Assembly: GCA_026984935.1 (NCBI GenBank)
Contig: JALSRD010000073.1
Location: 4,313-68,312, forward strand
Direction: 5' to 3'
Length of the DNA: 64,000 nt
Source of the DNA: Desulfobacterales bacterium
GTDB lineage: Bacteria; Desulfobacterota; Desulfobacteria; Desulfobacterales; JALSRD01
The notes beneath the pieces are model-generated. The model was not told the DNA's origin, did no database searches, and saw only the letters and a program-made list of their open reading frames with translations. Position 1 is the stretch's first letter; every line of letters begins with the position of its first letter. A program made the translations under genes and the position numbers. Shown one piece after another: positions 37,802 through 47,402 of this stretch.

Positions 37802-40294
37802 ATGGCACGTAAAAGCAAAGTACTGATCACCGACGAAGGGCAGTTCGATCTCGACACGTACCGTTGGGACGATCACCGCTTTTCCGACATGCTGGTTCGG
37901 GAAAACCCCATCGACCCGGATCAGGCACTGGATATCAGCCGTTTTCTGCGCGAGGAGATCGCCAAGCTGGACATCTACACCATTACGGTGCCGGTGATCG
38001 AGAAGATGGTTGAAGCCAAGCTGCGCGAGTACGGCCTGAAAAAGCCTTCCCCGGTGAAGTTGGACAAATCGATTTTCGTGAAAAACCGGCCGGTCTTGTC
38101 CGAAAACGCCCTGACCGTTCTGAAGCGTCGCTACCTCAGGAAAAACGCGGACGGACAGGTCGTGGAAACGCCGGAGCAGATGTTCAAACGGGTGGCGCAC
38201 CACATCGCCAAGGCGGAGAAAAACTACGGCGGCGCAGCCGAAGTACGGCGCATGGAGGAAATCTTTTACGAGATGATGACGGACCTGAAATTTTTGCCCA
38301 ACTCGCCCACCCTGATGAACGCCGGCCGTACGCTCGGACAGCTGGCCGCATGTTTCGTGCTGCCCATCGAGGACAGCATGGAGGGTATTTTCGGTTCCCT
38401 GAAAAACGCCGCCCTGATTCACAAATCCGGCGGCGGCACCGGCTTTTCCTTCTCGCGTCTGCGGCCCAAAAACAGTCAGGTGGGTACCACCGGCGGGGTC
38501 GCCTCCGGCCCGGTGTCGTTCATGAAGATATTCAACACGGCCACCGAACAGGTGAAACAGGGCGGCACCCGGCGGGGCGCCAACATGGCGGTTCTGCGGG
38601 TGGATCATCCGGACATCCTGGAGTTTATCACCAGTAAGGAGGACAACAGGGATCTGAACAATTTCAATATTTCGGTGGGCATCACCGACGCCTTCATGGA
38701 AGCTCTGCAAAACGGGGAGCCATACGACCTCATCGATCCGCGCAACCACAAGAAGGTCGGTGAGCTGGATGCCGGCGAAGTCTATACCGCGCTGGTCAAA
38801 CAGGCCTGGAAAAACGGGGATCCCGGTATCCTCTTTCTGGACCGCACCAACCGCGACAACCCGACACCGGCGCTGGGCAGCATCGAGAGCACCAACCCCT
38901 GCGGTGAGCAGCCCCTGCTGCCCATGGAGGCCTGCAACCTGGGTTCCATCAACCTGGCCAAGTTTGTCATCGAGAACAACGAACAGCCGGTCATCGACTA
39001 TGAAGGCCTGCGGGAGACCGTCTGGCGTGCGGTGCGTTTCCTCGACAACACCATCGACATGTCCAGATACCCCATGCCCGAAATCGACCGGCTGGTCAAG
39101 GGCAACCGCAAGATCGGCCTGGGGGTCATGGGTTTTGCCGACTTGCTGTTCCAGCTCCAGATTCCCTATAATTCGGAAAAGGCGCTGGAGACCGCCGAGG
39201 AAATCATGGCTTTCGTGCAGGAAACATCCCATGCCGCCTCGCGTTCGCTGGCATCCGAGCGCGGCGTGTTCGAAAATTTCGACAAGAGTATTTTCAAAGG
39301 GCGGCCGGGCTGTGAGTACCGCAACGCCACCACTACGACCATCGCGCCCACCGGCACCTTGAGCATCATTGCCGGCTGTTCCAGCGGCATCGAGCCGCTT
39401 TTTGCGCTGAGCTTTGTGCGACGGGTCATGGATGACGACCGGCTGGTGGAGGTCAATCCCTATTTCGAGAAAGCGGCCCGTGAGCGGGGCTTTTTCAGTG
39501 AGGAGCTGATGGACATCATCGCCCGCAAGGGATCCATCCAGGACATGCCGGAAATCCCGGAAGAGGTGCGCAGGGTGTTCGTGAGCGCCCATGATGTTTC
39601 ACCGGAGTGGCACATCCGCATCCAGGCGGCTTTTCAGAAACACACCGACAATGCCGTGTCCAAAACCGTCAACCTGCCCCGTGATGCCACGGCGGACGAT
39701 GTCAAGAAGGTCTACGACCTGGCCTACGAACTGGGGTGCAAAGGCGTGACCATCTACCGCGACGGAAGCAAGGAGCACCAGGTGCTGTCCACTTCCGACG
39801 CGCAGCAGTCGCGGCGCCAGGGCTTCCTGTCGGCCGTCAAGGAGCGGCCCGAGACGCTGGAGGGGTTCACCACCAAGATGAAAACCGGCATGGGCAACCT
39901 GTATGTGACGGTCACCGAGTACGACGGCCAGCCCTTTGAAGTGTTTGCCACCATCGGTAAATCCGGCCGCTCCACCACGGCCAAAACCGAGGCCATCGGC
40001 CGGCTGGTGTCGCTGGCCCTGCGCTCCGGGGTGCACGTGGCAAAGATCGTCGAGCAGGTCAAGGGCATCGGAGGTGAACACCCTGTCTTCCAGGAGGGTG
40101 GCCTGGTGCTTTCCATCCCCGACGCCATCGCGCGCGTGCTCGAAAAACGCTATCTGGACGGCGGCAGTGCCGGTGGGCGTGAGGCCCATTCCCACAGCCT
40201 GCTGGGAGAAACCTGCCCGGAGTGCGGACAAACCATCAGTTTCGAAGAAGGCTGCATGACCTGCCACTTCTGCGGCTTCAGCAAATGCGGCTGA
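37802..40294 (+). CDS. nrdJ: Adenosylcobalamin-dependent ribonucleotide reductase (class II)
   Basis: 830 aa. LSENALTVLKRRYL, thiyl-radical loop STNPCGEQPLLPMEACNLGSINL, a C-terminal Cys pair region and a terminal zinc ribbon (CPECG...CMTCHFCGFSKC). Confidence 0.95.
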   Translation: MARKSKVLITDEGQFDLDTYRWDDHRFSDMLVRENPIDPDQALDISRFLREEIAKLDIYTITVPVIEKMVEAKLREYGLKKPSPVKLDKSIFVKNRPVLSENALTVLKRRYLRKNADGQVVETPEQMFKRVAHHIAKAEKNYGGAAEVRRMEEIFYEMMTDLKFLPNSPTLMNAGRTLGQLAACFVLPIEDSMEGIFGSLKNAALIHKSGGGTGFSFSRLRPKNSQVGTTGGVASGPVSFMKIFNTATEQVKQGGTRRGANMAVLRVDHPDILEFITSKEDNRDLNNFNISVGITDAFMEALQNGEPYDLIDPRNHKKVGELDAGEVYTALVKQAWKNGDPGILFLDRTNRDNPTPALGSIESTNPCGEQPLLPMEACNLGSINLAKFVIENNEQPVIDYEGLRETVWRAVRFLDNTIDMSRYPMPEIDRLVKGNRKIGLGVMGFADLLFQLQIPYNSEKALETAEEIMAFVQETSHAASRSLASERGVFENFDKSIFKGRPGCEYRNATTTTIAPTGTLSIIAGCSSGIEPLFALSFVRRVMDDDRLVEVNPYFEKAARERGFFSEELMDIIARKGSIQDMPEIPEEVRRVFVSAHDVSPEWHIRIQAAFQKHTDNAVSKTVNLPRDATADDVKKVYDLAYELGCKGVTIYRDGSKEHQVLSTSDAQQSRRQGFLSAVKERPETLEGFTTKMKTGMGNLYVTVTEYDGQPFEVFATIGKSGRSTTAKTEAIGRLVSLALRSGVHVAKIVEQVKGIGGEHPVFQEGGLVLSIPDAIARVLEKRYLDGGSAGGREAHSHSLLGETCPECGQTISFEEGCMTCHFCGFSKCG

Positions 40295-40313
40295 TGCACT
40301 GCTTTTTCCCCAA

Positions 40314-40462
40314 GGGCGCGCGCAACAATGAGTGCGCAAATTTTTGGCATTGCGGCGACGGCTGGCAAGGCGCGCAAGGGCAGGCATATCGGGAATGTTC
40401 CGCGCTTTCGCAACGCAGCCGGCCTTCGAGTGCGGCGTTTAAAATGTAAAGTTATTTTTGCG
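40314..40462. repeat. Bipartite conserved noncoding element, copy 1 (block A 40314-40356, block B 40433-40462)
   Basis: Block A is 37/43 identical and block B 27/30 identical to 63690-63732 and 63772-63801, in the same orientation. The GC-rich spacer differs (76 nt vs 39 nt). Confidence 0.85.
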
Positions 40463-40505
40463 TGGGCCCTTTGCGTGGGCCCAAAGTGCCGCACGAGGCC
40501 GTAGC

Positions 40506-41456
40506 CTACCAGTCTGAAGGCGCGTAAAAGCGGCTGGCGATGGCGTCTGTTTCGCTTTTGATGCGCGCGATCTGTTCCCGGTCGAGCCGCTTTTTCCAAT
40601 TCCAGACAACCGCCCGGCTGTTGCGATTCAGCCGGTGTACCCGGCCTCCCGCCTCCGCCGGGTTGGCGGCATTGCAGAGCTGTTCCACCACCTTTCGCGG
40701 GTGCTTGCCAAAGTCCAGACCAAGCTTTTCGAAGAGAGCTTCAAACATTTCTCCATAATTGCGGCTCAGATCCTCGTGGCGCAGAAAAATCCAGTTGGCA
40801 TGCCGCCGGCGGTAGCCGTCGATGACGTGGTGAAAGACGTTCCAGGCGCAGATGGCATCGCCGATTGGATCGTTGGCGCGGGCATGCTGGGCGGTGATCT
40901 CACCCGTCAGGGGCGCCAGCAGATCGCGCATGAGTTCCGGCTGGTTTAAAAACACGTGCGGCCGCATGGGCCAGTTCAGGCGGCGGATGCTGCTCACGTA
41001 GGCGGCCGGGTGCCGGACCAGGACCACGACGTGCAGGTCGAAGGTGCGCCAAAGCCATTCGGCGGACATCAGGGCGATGGGGTCCTTGAGCAGCGGGCGG
41101 CAGAAAGCGGCCCGGCGGGCCTGCAGCCAGCGCCGGGAAGCGCCTGCCAGGCGCCTTAAGCCCGGGCGGTCTTTAACGTCCGACCACCAGGGCCGCAAGT
41201 GCCCCATGCGGTAGCGCAGGTAGCGTTTGACGCCTTCGGCCTCATTCGGCAGTACGTAGTGATAGTGCTGCGCAAAGGGCGGCGGGATCAGGCCAAAGGC
41301 GGGGTCGTGATACTGGTGGTTAAAGGGTTCATGAATGTAGTTTACACCTCTTGCCGACGCCAGGATCCTGCCGACCCAGGTGGTGCCGGAGCGGTTGGCG
41401 CCGGTGACCAGGATCGGGCGGTGATTCGCGGCGGCGTGCTTTTTCCGGCCGGGCAT
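40506..41456 (-). CDS. Sulfotransferase-family protein
   Basis: 5'-PSB-like loop ILVTGANRSGTTWVGRIL, a 3'-PB-like region and a size of 316 aa. Begins 17 bp downstream of lipA on the same strand. Confidence 0.75.
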   Translation of the reverse strand: MPGRKKHAAANHRPILVTGANRSGTTWVGRILASARGVNYIHEPFNHQYHDPAFGLIPPPFAQHYHYVLPNEAEGVKRYLRYRMGHLRPWWSDVKDRPGLRRLAGASRRWLQARRAAFCRPLLKDPIALMSAEWLWRTFDLHVVVLVRHPAAYVSSIRRLNWPMRPHVFLNQPELMRDLLAPLTGEITAQHARANDPIGDAICAWNVFHHVIDGYRRRHANWIFLRHEDLSRNYGEMFEALFEKLGLDFGKHPRKVVEQLCNAANPAEAGGRVHRLNRNSRAVVWNWKKRLDREQIARIKSETDAIASRFYAPSDW

Positions 41457-41473
41457 GATGGCAGCAGCCGGGG

Positions 41474-42418
41474 CTAGCCGGTGGCCCGGGGGGATCGTTG
41501 GCGGCCGGAGGGCTTTGCGACAGCGCTCGATCGGTTTTTGTCGATGGACGCATACATCTCGCCGGCATGGTACGAGCTGCGCACGAACGGACCGCTGGCC
41601 ACCTGGGAAAATCCCATATCCAGGGCCACCTGCCGCCAGTGTTCGAATTCCTGCGGCGGCACGAAGCGCGCCACCGGCAGGTGCCGCCTGGAAGGCTGCA
41701 GGTACTGGCCGAGGGTCAGCAGCCGGCAGCCGGACCGGCGCAGATCCTGCAGGGTTTGGCGGATTTCAGGGTCGCTTTCCCCCAGCCCCAGCATGACTCC
41801 GGATTTGGCCAAGATGGCCGGACGATGGGCGGAAACCCGCCGGATCAGTTCCAGCGAACGGCGGTATTCCGCCTGGGGCCGCACCCGGGGGTAGAGCCGC
41901 GCCACGGTCTCGATGTTGTGGTTGAGCACATCGGGGGCGGCGGCCAGCACGGTGCCCAGGGCGTCTTCGTCGCCCTTAAAATCGGGAATCAGCACCTCGA
42001 CGCGCACGGCTTCGATCTTATCGCGCAGCGCCCGGATAGTGGCGGCGAAGAACCGTGCGCCGCCGTCGGCCAGGTCGTCGCGCGTCACCGAGGTCACCAC
42101 CACGTAACGCAGGTTCATCTGCTGGGCCGCCTCGGCCACGCGTTGCGGTTCCCGGGGATCCGGCGGCTCGCAGGGACCGGTGGCCACCGAACAGAAGCGG
42201 CAGTTGCGCGTGCAGGTCGATCCCAATATCAGGAACGTGGCCGTGCGCCGCGAAAAACACTCGAACTGATTGGGGCACTGGGCCTCCTGGCAGACGGTGT
42301 GCAGTTGCCCGCGGCGGATCAGCTGCCGCACCTGTTCATAGGCCGGCCTCGAAGGCAGCCGCAGCCGCAGCCAGCGTGGTTTGCGGATTCGAATGGGATG
42401 TTCATGCACGTGGGGCAT
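41474..42418 (-). CDS. lipA: Lipoyl synthase
   Basis: Auxiliary cluster motif CQEAQCPNQFEC and radical SAM motif CTRNCRFC, plus the LipA-typical C-terminus (RSSYHA). Confidence 0.95.
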   Translation of the reverse strand: MPHVHEHPIRIRKPRWLRLRLPSRPAYEQVRQLIRRGQLHTVCQEAQCPNQFECFSRRTATFLILGSTCTRNCRFCSVATGPCEPPDPREPQRVAEAAQQMNLRYVVVTSVTRDDLADGGARFFAATIRALRDKIEAVRVEVLIPDFKGDEDALGTVLAAAPDVLNHNIETVARLYPRVRPQAEYRRSLELIRRVSAHRPAILAKSGVMLGLGESDPEIRQTLQDLRRSGCRLLTLGQYLQPSRRHLPVARFVPPQEFEHWRQVALDMGFSQVASGPFVRSSYHAGEMYASIDKNRSSAVAKPSGRQRSPRATG

Positions 42419-43223
42419 GGTCCGTTGTCCGTGGGCAGTCAGGTGCCATCGAAAACGACCCTGCTGCTGAATGACGGGCGCTCAAAGCTTCCAGTGTCTC
42501 GAGATCGGTCGCTGCCGGGAGCAGGCCCAGGATCTCCGTCACATGCTTTTTGGCCGCCCGGCGCGCGTCGGCCATGGTCACCGGCCGGCGACGTTCTTTT
42601 GCCAGCGACGTCACGCCGATACCCTGCAGCCCGCAGGGATTGATCCAGGAAAAAGGCTCCAGCGCCAGGTTAACATTAAAAGCGAAGCCGTGGAAGGAAA
42701 TTCCGCGGCGGATGGCAATCCCGATACTGCCCAGCTTTGCATTGCCCACCCAGATGCCGCGGTTGCGGGCATCACGGCGGGCATGCACACCGAAATCGGC
42801 GGCCGTCCGGATCATCACTTCCTCCAGGGCACTGACATAGTCGGTGACCGCCAGGCGCGGACTGCGCAGGCTGAGGATCGGGTAGCCCACCAGCTGGCCG
42901 GGACCGTGATAGGTGATGTCACCGCCGCGCTCCACGTGCACCACGGCGATGCGGCGCGCGGCCAGAAGTGCCGGGCTGACCGTCAGGTTGCGGCGGCCGC
43001 CGCGCCGGCCAAGGGTGAACACCGCGGGATGCTCCAGCATCAGCACCACGTCGCGGTCCAGCACACCCGTGTTTCGGGCTGCCACCAGCCGGCGCTGCAG
43101 CTCCAGAGCACGGCGATAGTCGGTCAGCGGCAGATCGGCATAAAAGCACGCCCTGCCGCCCGGCGCCGGGCATCCGGAAGATTGCCGAACGGCCCTTTGC
43201 GCAGGCGTCGACATCCTCTGCAC
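42402..43223 (-). CDS. lipB: Octanoyltransferase (lipoyl(octanoyl) transferase)
   Basis: LEHPAVFTLGRRG and ERGGDITYHGPGQLVGYPI. GTG start at 43223 directly after the gcvPB stop. Alternative ATG at 43214. Confidence 0.88.
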   Translation of the reverse strand: MQRMSTPAQRAVRQSSGCPAPGGRACFYADLPLTDYRRALELQRRLVAARNTGVLDRDVVLMLEHPAVFTLGRRGGRRNLTVSPALLAARRIAVVHVERGGDITYHGPGQLVGYPILSLRSPRLAVTDYVSALEEVMIRTAADFGVHARRDARNRGIWVGNAKLGSIGIAIRRGISFHGFAFNVNLALEPFSWINPCGLQGIGVTSLAKERRRPVTMADARRAAKKHVTEILGLLPAATDLETLEALSARHSAAGSFSMAPDCPRTTDHAPRA

Positions 43224-44681
43224 CTAGCCGGCCAGACAGGGCTTGCGGGCGGCCAGGGTTTCATCCAGCCGCCGCACCTTGGGGATGCGCGGCGCCGCGT
43301 GCAGCAACTCCGGGCTTTCCTCCGCTTCCCGCGCAATGGCCTGCATGGCCTCGATGAAGCGGTCGATGTCCTGGCGGCATTCGGTTTCCGTGGGCTCGAT
43401 CATGATGGCGCCGTGCACCACCAGCGGAAAATAGATGGTCGGCGGGTGAAAGCCGTATTCCATCAGGCGTTTGGCGATGTCCAGGGTGGTCACGTGATGC
43501 GCCTCCTGGTATTTATCGCTGAAAACGCACTCGTGCATGCAGGGCCGGTCGTAGGCCAGGTGATAGGTCCCCTTCAGCCTTTCCTTGATGTAGTTGGCAT
43601 TGAGCACGGCCAGCTGGGATGCTTTTTTCAGGTTGGCCGCGCCCATGCTGCGGATGTAGCTGTAGGCCCGGATCAGGATGCCGAAGTTGCCGTAAAAAGC
43701 GTGCAGCTTGCCGATGGACTGCGGAAAGTCGTCGGAAAGCGTGTAGCGGCCGCCGGCTTCCAGCACCCGCGGAACCGGCAGAAAAGGCTCCAGCGCACGG
43801 GTGACGCACACCGGCCCGCTGCCGGGGCCGCCGCCGCCGTGGGGGGTGGAAAAGGTCTTGTGCAAGTTCAGGTGCATGGCATCGAAACCGGTCTGGGCCA
43901 TGTCGACAATGCCCATGATGGCATTCATGTTGGCGCCGTCGCCGTAAACCAGCCCGCCCTTGGCATGCACGATGTCCGCAACCTGGCGGATATGCTCTTC
44001 AAACAGTCCCAGCGTGTTGGGGTTGGTGATCATGATGCCGGCGGTATCGGTGTCCATGACGGCTTTTACGGCCTGCGGTGACAGCAGCCCGTTTTCATCG
44101 GACTTGACGGCCACGGGTTTGAAGCCGCACAGCGCCGCGCTGGCCGGATTGGTGCCGTGGGCGCTGTCGGGGATGATGATTTTTTTCCGCGGTGCCCCTT
44201 GGCTGCGATGGTAGGCCGCAAATAGCATCATGCCGGTCAGTTCCCCCTGGGAACCGGCGGCCGGCTGCAGGGTCACGGCGTGCATGCCCGTAATTTCGGC
44301 CAGGTACTGTTGCAGCTCGAACATGATTTTCAGAACCCCCTGCGCCAGGGATTCCGGCATCAGCGGGTGCGCCCCGCAGAAACCCGCCAGGGCGGCCTGG
44401 CGTTCGTTGGTTTTGGGGTTGTATTTCATAGTGCAGGAGCCCAGCGGGTACATGCCGCTGTCCACGCCGAAATTCCACTGGGAGAGACGTGTAAAATGGC
44501 GAATCACGTCGATTTCGCTGAGGTCCGGGAAATCGGGGGCGTCACCGGTGAGCGCTGAATCCAGCGGGCTTGCGGGTACATCCCGCTGGGGCAGGGAAAC
44601 GCCGCAGCGGCCCGGGGCCCCTTTTTCCCATAGCAGCGGTTCGTTAAAGACCAGTCCAGTCGTGCCAGCGGGTTCGTTCAT
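43224..44681 (-). CDS. gcvPB: Glycine dehydrogenase (decarboxylating) subunit 2
   Basis: PLP-Lys context HLNLHKTFSTPHGGGGPG. AAGGAGGTG RBS. The ATG overlaps the gcvPA stop (ATGA at 44678-44681). The 676-aa track ORF over-extends its 5' end. Confidence 0.95.
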   Translation of the reverse strand: MNEPAGTTGLVFNEPLLWEKGAPGRCGVSLPQRDVPASPLDSALTGDAPDFPDLSEIDVIRHFTRLSQWNFGVDSGMYPLGSCTMKYNPKTNERQAALAGFCGAHPLMPESLAQGVLKIMFELQQYLAEITGMHAVTLQPAAGSQGELTGMMLFAAYHRSQGAPRKKIIIPDSAHGTNPASAALCGFKPVAVKSDENGLLSPQAVKAVMDTDTAGIMITNPNTLGLFEEHIRQVADIVHAKGGLVYGDGANMNAIMGIVDMAQTGFDAMHLNLHKTFSTPHGGGGPGSGPVCVTRALEPFLPVPRVLEAGGRYTLSDDFPQSIGKLHAFYGNFGILIRAYSYIRSMGAANLKKASQLAVLNANYIKERLKGTYHLAYDRPCMHECVFSDKYQEAHHVTTLDIAKRLMEYGFHPPTIYFPLVVHGAIMIEPTETECRQDIDRFIEAMQAIAREAEESPELLHAAPRIPKVRRLDETLAARKPCLAG

Positions 44682-46012
44682 GAGGTCACCTCCTTGACCA
44701 GCCGGTCCAGGTCCTCGGCCGTGCAGGTTTCGGTGGCGCACAGCAGGTAATGGTCGGCCAGTTCTTTGTAGTAAGCTCCCAGCGGCAGGCCGGCAACGAT
44801 TTTTTTGGCCAGCAGTCTTGCATGCGTGTCTGCAAAACCGGGTGGAAACTGGACCACGAATTCGTTGAAAGTCGGGCTTTCGAAGGGTACTGCGACCCCC
44901 GCCTTTTTCAACGCCGCTTTCAGGTATTCGGCCTTGTCGTGGTTGAGGCGTGCAAGCGCGCGTATGCCGCTGCCTCCCAGGCTGGCCAGGTAAATGATGG
45001 CGTTGGTGAGGCACAGCCCCTGATTGGAGCAGATGTTGGAGGTTGCGCGTTCCCGGCGGATGTGCTGTTCGCGGGTGGCCAGAGTCAGTACGAATCCCCT
45101 CTTGCCGTCTTTGTCCACCGTCTGTCCCACCAGCCTTCCGGGCATGCTGCGTACAAATTGCCGCCGTGCGGCGAAAATTCCCAGCCCCGGTCCGCCGAAG
45201 GAACGCGGAATACCGAAACTCTGTCCTTCGCCGCAGGCGATGTCGGCGCCGCAACTTCCCGGGCTTTTCAGCAGGCCGTAAGCCAAGGGCTCGGAAAAAC
45301 AGGTGACCATCAGCGTTTTGGGGTCGCCGTGGATGGCCTGGCCCAGGGCCTGTAAATCTTCGATGCAGCCGAAAAAGTTGGGCGACTGGACGGCCACGGC
45401 GGCAAAGTCGGCCGGGTTGCCCAGGCCACCAAGGTCGGTGCGGCCATCGCTGCCGTAAGGGATTTCAACGATGTCGAATTCGGCCGGGGAGAGGTAGGTG
45501 GCTGCGACTTTGCGGTAGAGCGGGTGCACGGCCGTAGATACGGCTACCTTACGGCGCTTGGTGATGCGGATCGCCATGAGCAGGGCTTCGGCCAGCGCCG
45601 AGGCCCCGTCGTACATGGAGGCATTGGCCACGTCCAATCCCAAGAGCCGGGTGATGAAGGTCTGGTACTCGTAGATGGCCTGCAACGTCCCCTGGCTGAT
45701 CTCCGGCTGGTAGGGCGTGTAGGCCGTGGAAAATTCGCTGCGCCCCATCAGGTAGGTCGTGGCCGCCGGAATGAAGTGGTCGTAACTGCCGGCGCCCATG
45801 AAAATCCGGTACTCCGGCGTGGCGGCGGTTGCGGCCGCCAGATGATTCATGTGCCGGTTCAGATCCCATTCGCTCATGGCTTCCGGCAGATCCATATCCC
45901 CGGAGCGGCGACAGTTCCGCGGGATGGAGGCGAACAGGCCGTCGAGATCGGCGGCGCCGACGACCTGCAGCATGTCGCGGATCTCTTCGTCGGTATGCGG
46001 TAGATATCTCAT
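44678..46012 (-). CDS. gcvPA: Glycine dehydrogenase (decarboxylating) subunit 1
   Basis: 444 aa. MRYLPHTDEEIRDML, FMGAGSYDHFIP and YTPYQPEISQGTLQAI are typical. The start overlaps the gcvH stop. Confidence 0.95.
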   Translation of the reverse strand: MRYLPHTDEEIRDMLQVVGAADLDGLFASIPRNCRRSGDMDLPEAMSEWDLNRHMNHLAAATAATPEYRIFMGAGSYDHFIPAATTYLMGRSEFSTAYTPYQPEISQGTLQAIYEYQTFITRLLGLDVANASMYDGASALAEALLMAIRITKRRKVAVSTAVHPLYRKVAATYLSPAEFDIVEIPYGSDGRTDLGGLGNPADFAAVAVQSPNFFGCIEDLQALGQAIHGDPKTLMVTCFSEPLAYGLLKSPGSCGADIACGEGQSFGIPRSFGGPGLGIFAARRQFVRSMPGRLVGQTVDKDGKRGFVLTLATREQHIRRERATSNICSNQGLCLTNAIIYLASLGGSGIRALARLNHDKAEYLKAALKKAGVAVPFESPTFNEFVVQFPPGFADTHARLLAKKIVAGLPLGAYYKELADHYLLCATETCTAEDLDRLVKEVTS

Positions 46013-46416
46013 TCTTCCTGTCCTTTCAATTTTTCAAGGTACGCCTCGCGGTCCATCAGGCTGTCATAGTCAGCGGGGTTGCTCGGATTGACCTTGATCA
46101 TCCAGCCGTCGGTGTATGGCGCGTTGTTGACCGATTCGGGGCTGTCTTCAAGGGCTTCGTTGATAGCCACGATTTCGCCGCCCACCGGCATGTAAAGCTC
46201 CGATACCGCCTTGACGGACTCCACCGTGCCGAACTCGTCCCCCTTGGCAAAGCTGTCTCCCACCTGGGGCAGTTCGACGAAGACAATATCTCCCAGCTGG
46301 TCCTGGGCGTAGTCGGAAATCCCCACGGTGACGGTATCTCCCTCCAGTTTCGCCCATTCATGATCTTCGGCGTAGCGCACGTCATCGGCAAATTTCAATT
46401 CACTGAGTTCTTTCAT
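46009..46416 (-). CDS. gcvH: Glycine cleavage system H protein (lipoyl carrier)
   Basis: 135 aa from ATG 46416 (AGGAGG RBS). HEWAKLEGDTVTVGISDYAQ plus the lipoyl-Lys motif VESVKAVSELYMPV. Confidence 0.95.
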   Translation of the reverse strand: MKELSELKFADDVRYAEDHEWAKLEGDTVTVGISDYAQDQLGDIVFVELPQVGDSFAKGDEFGTVESVKAVSELYMPVGGEIVAINEALEDSPESVNNAPYTDGWMIKVNPSNPADYDSLMDREAYLEKLKGQEE

Positions 46417-46511
46417 GGCCTTACCTCCTGTAGATGAATCGTTGGCGTTCGGAGCAGCGGTGATGCAAAACGGCAAACCTCGGGCATCCGTCGTGCCGGT
46501 GCCCAATGCGG

Positions 46512-46955
46512 CTAGTGAATGAAAGGAACCATCAGATTGTAGCTTTTGTAAATCACAAAGGTTTCCAGGGAACGGACATCACTTATCTGCGAAACTTCTT
46601 CGGCGTAAAATTCCTGCAGGCTGTAATTACGGGTAAAAAGTACCAGCAGCATCAAATCGTAGCGTCCGGTGACCACGCTGACCGACACCACGCCCTTCAG
46701 TCGGCTGAATTCCTTGCCTTTTTTGAACATGTCGGTTGTGCGCAGCTTGACACCGATGATGACTGGTTTGAGACGCGGCACGGCTTCGGGGTTGACCAGG
46801 CCGGTGATTTCCAGCAGCCCTTCCTCGGTCATTTTTTTAACGCGCGTCCTGACCGTGTTTTCGGAAATTCCCAGGTCGTCGGCGATTTTTTTAAACGATT
46901 TGCGGCCGTCGCGCAGATGGCGGATGATAGCAACTGTGTTTTCGTCGATTTTCAT
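46512..46955 (-). CDS. Lrp/AsnC-family transcriptional regulator
   Basis: 147 aa from ATG 46955. HTH (FKKIADDLGISENTVRTRVKKM) plus an AsnC-type ligand-binding domain. Confidence 0.9.
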   Translation of the reverse strand: MKIDENTVAIIRHLRDGRKSFKKIADDLGISENTVRTRVKKMTEEGLLEITGLVNPEAVPRLKPVIIGVKLRTTDMFKKGKEFSRLKGVVSVSVVTGRYDLMLLVLFTRNYSLQEFYAEEVSQISDVRSLETFVIYKSYNLMVPFIH

Positions 46956-47402
46956 GCTTATCGAAGATGCCCTTGCAAAGAGGAATAGATGAAAAAGTGC
47001 CAAACCCCGGCGCCGGTTTAAGACAATCCTTTTCGACAGATACGCGTATGTATTCCGGATAGGGGAAATCAGGTTCAATGTCAACACAATACTTTGTATT
47101 TTTCGAAAGTTTGACGGGTAAATTTTAACGCAAACCAAAGAAATTACCATTTTATTTCATGGATAACATCGTTTAAAGGATTTTTTGCCGCCGCATCTGC
47201 CAAAAAAGCGTGGGATGTTGGACCGACCTGCAACATGTGGGCTGCCGGCGCGGAAGTATTCAGAATAACCATTGACATTTTACAGCTGCAGGAGTACTTG
47301 TTGCTGCTTGGCTCCGCGAAGGTAGGGAGCAGGCAGCTGATCCGTAACTGGACTTTTCTCAGATACGGATGCAAATTAAAACTTAAGGTTAAGGGAGGGG
47401 AA

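Noticed and set aside
37586-39592. A 668-aa ORF antisense to nrdJ. Similar long antisense ORFs include 6613-7797 and 7999-9207 (opposite polA), 42471-44081 (opposite lipB/gcvPB), 14599-15708, 19282-19974, 31897-33300 and 60543-61829.
   Set aside because: Each lies opposite a gene with clear family motifs. Their products are Arg/Gly/Ala/Pro-rich low-complexity sequences, as expected from stop-codon depletion in GC-rich DNA. None has an RBS or a recognisable motif.
40463-40483. Hairpin TGGGCCC-TTTGCGT-GGGCCCA after repeat copy 1, considered as a bidirectional terminator for nrdJ and the sulfotransferase gene.
   Set aside because: Neither strand has a U-run downstream of the stem. The T-run precedes it on the plus strand, so it is not a canonical intrinsic terminator.
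46417-46511. Possible glycine riboswitch upstream of gcvH.
   Set aside because: Only 95 nt are available, and none of the conserved glycine-aptamer blocks (GGAGAG ... CACCGAAGGGGCAA-type) is present on the coding strand.
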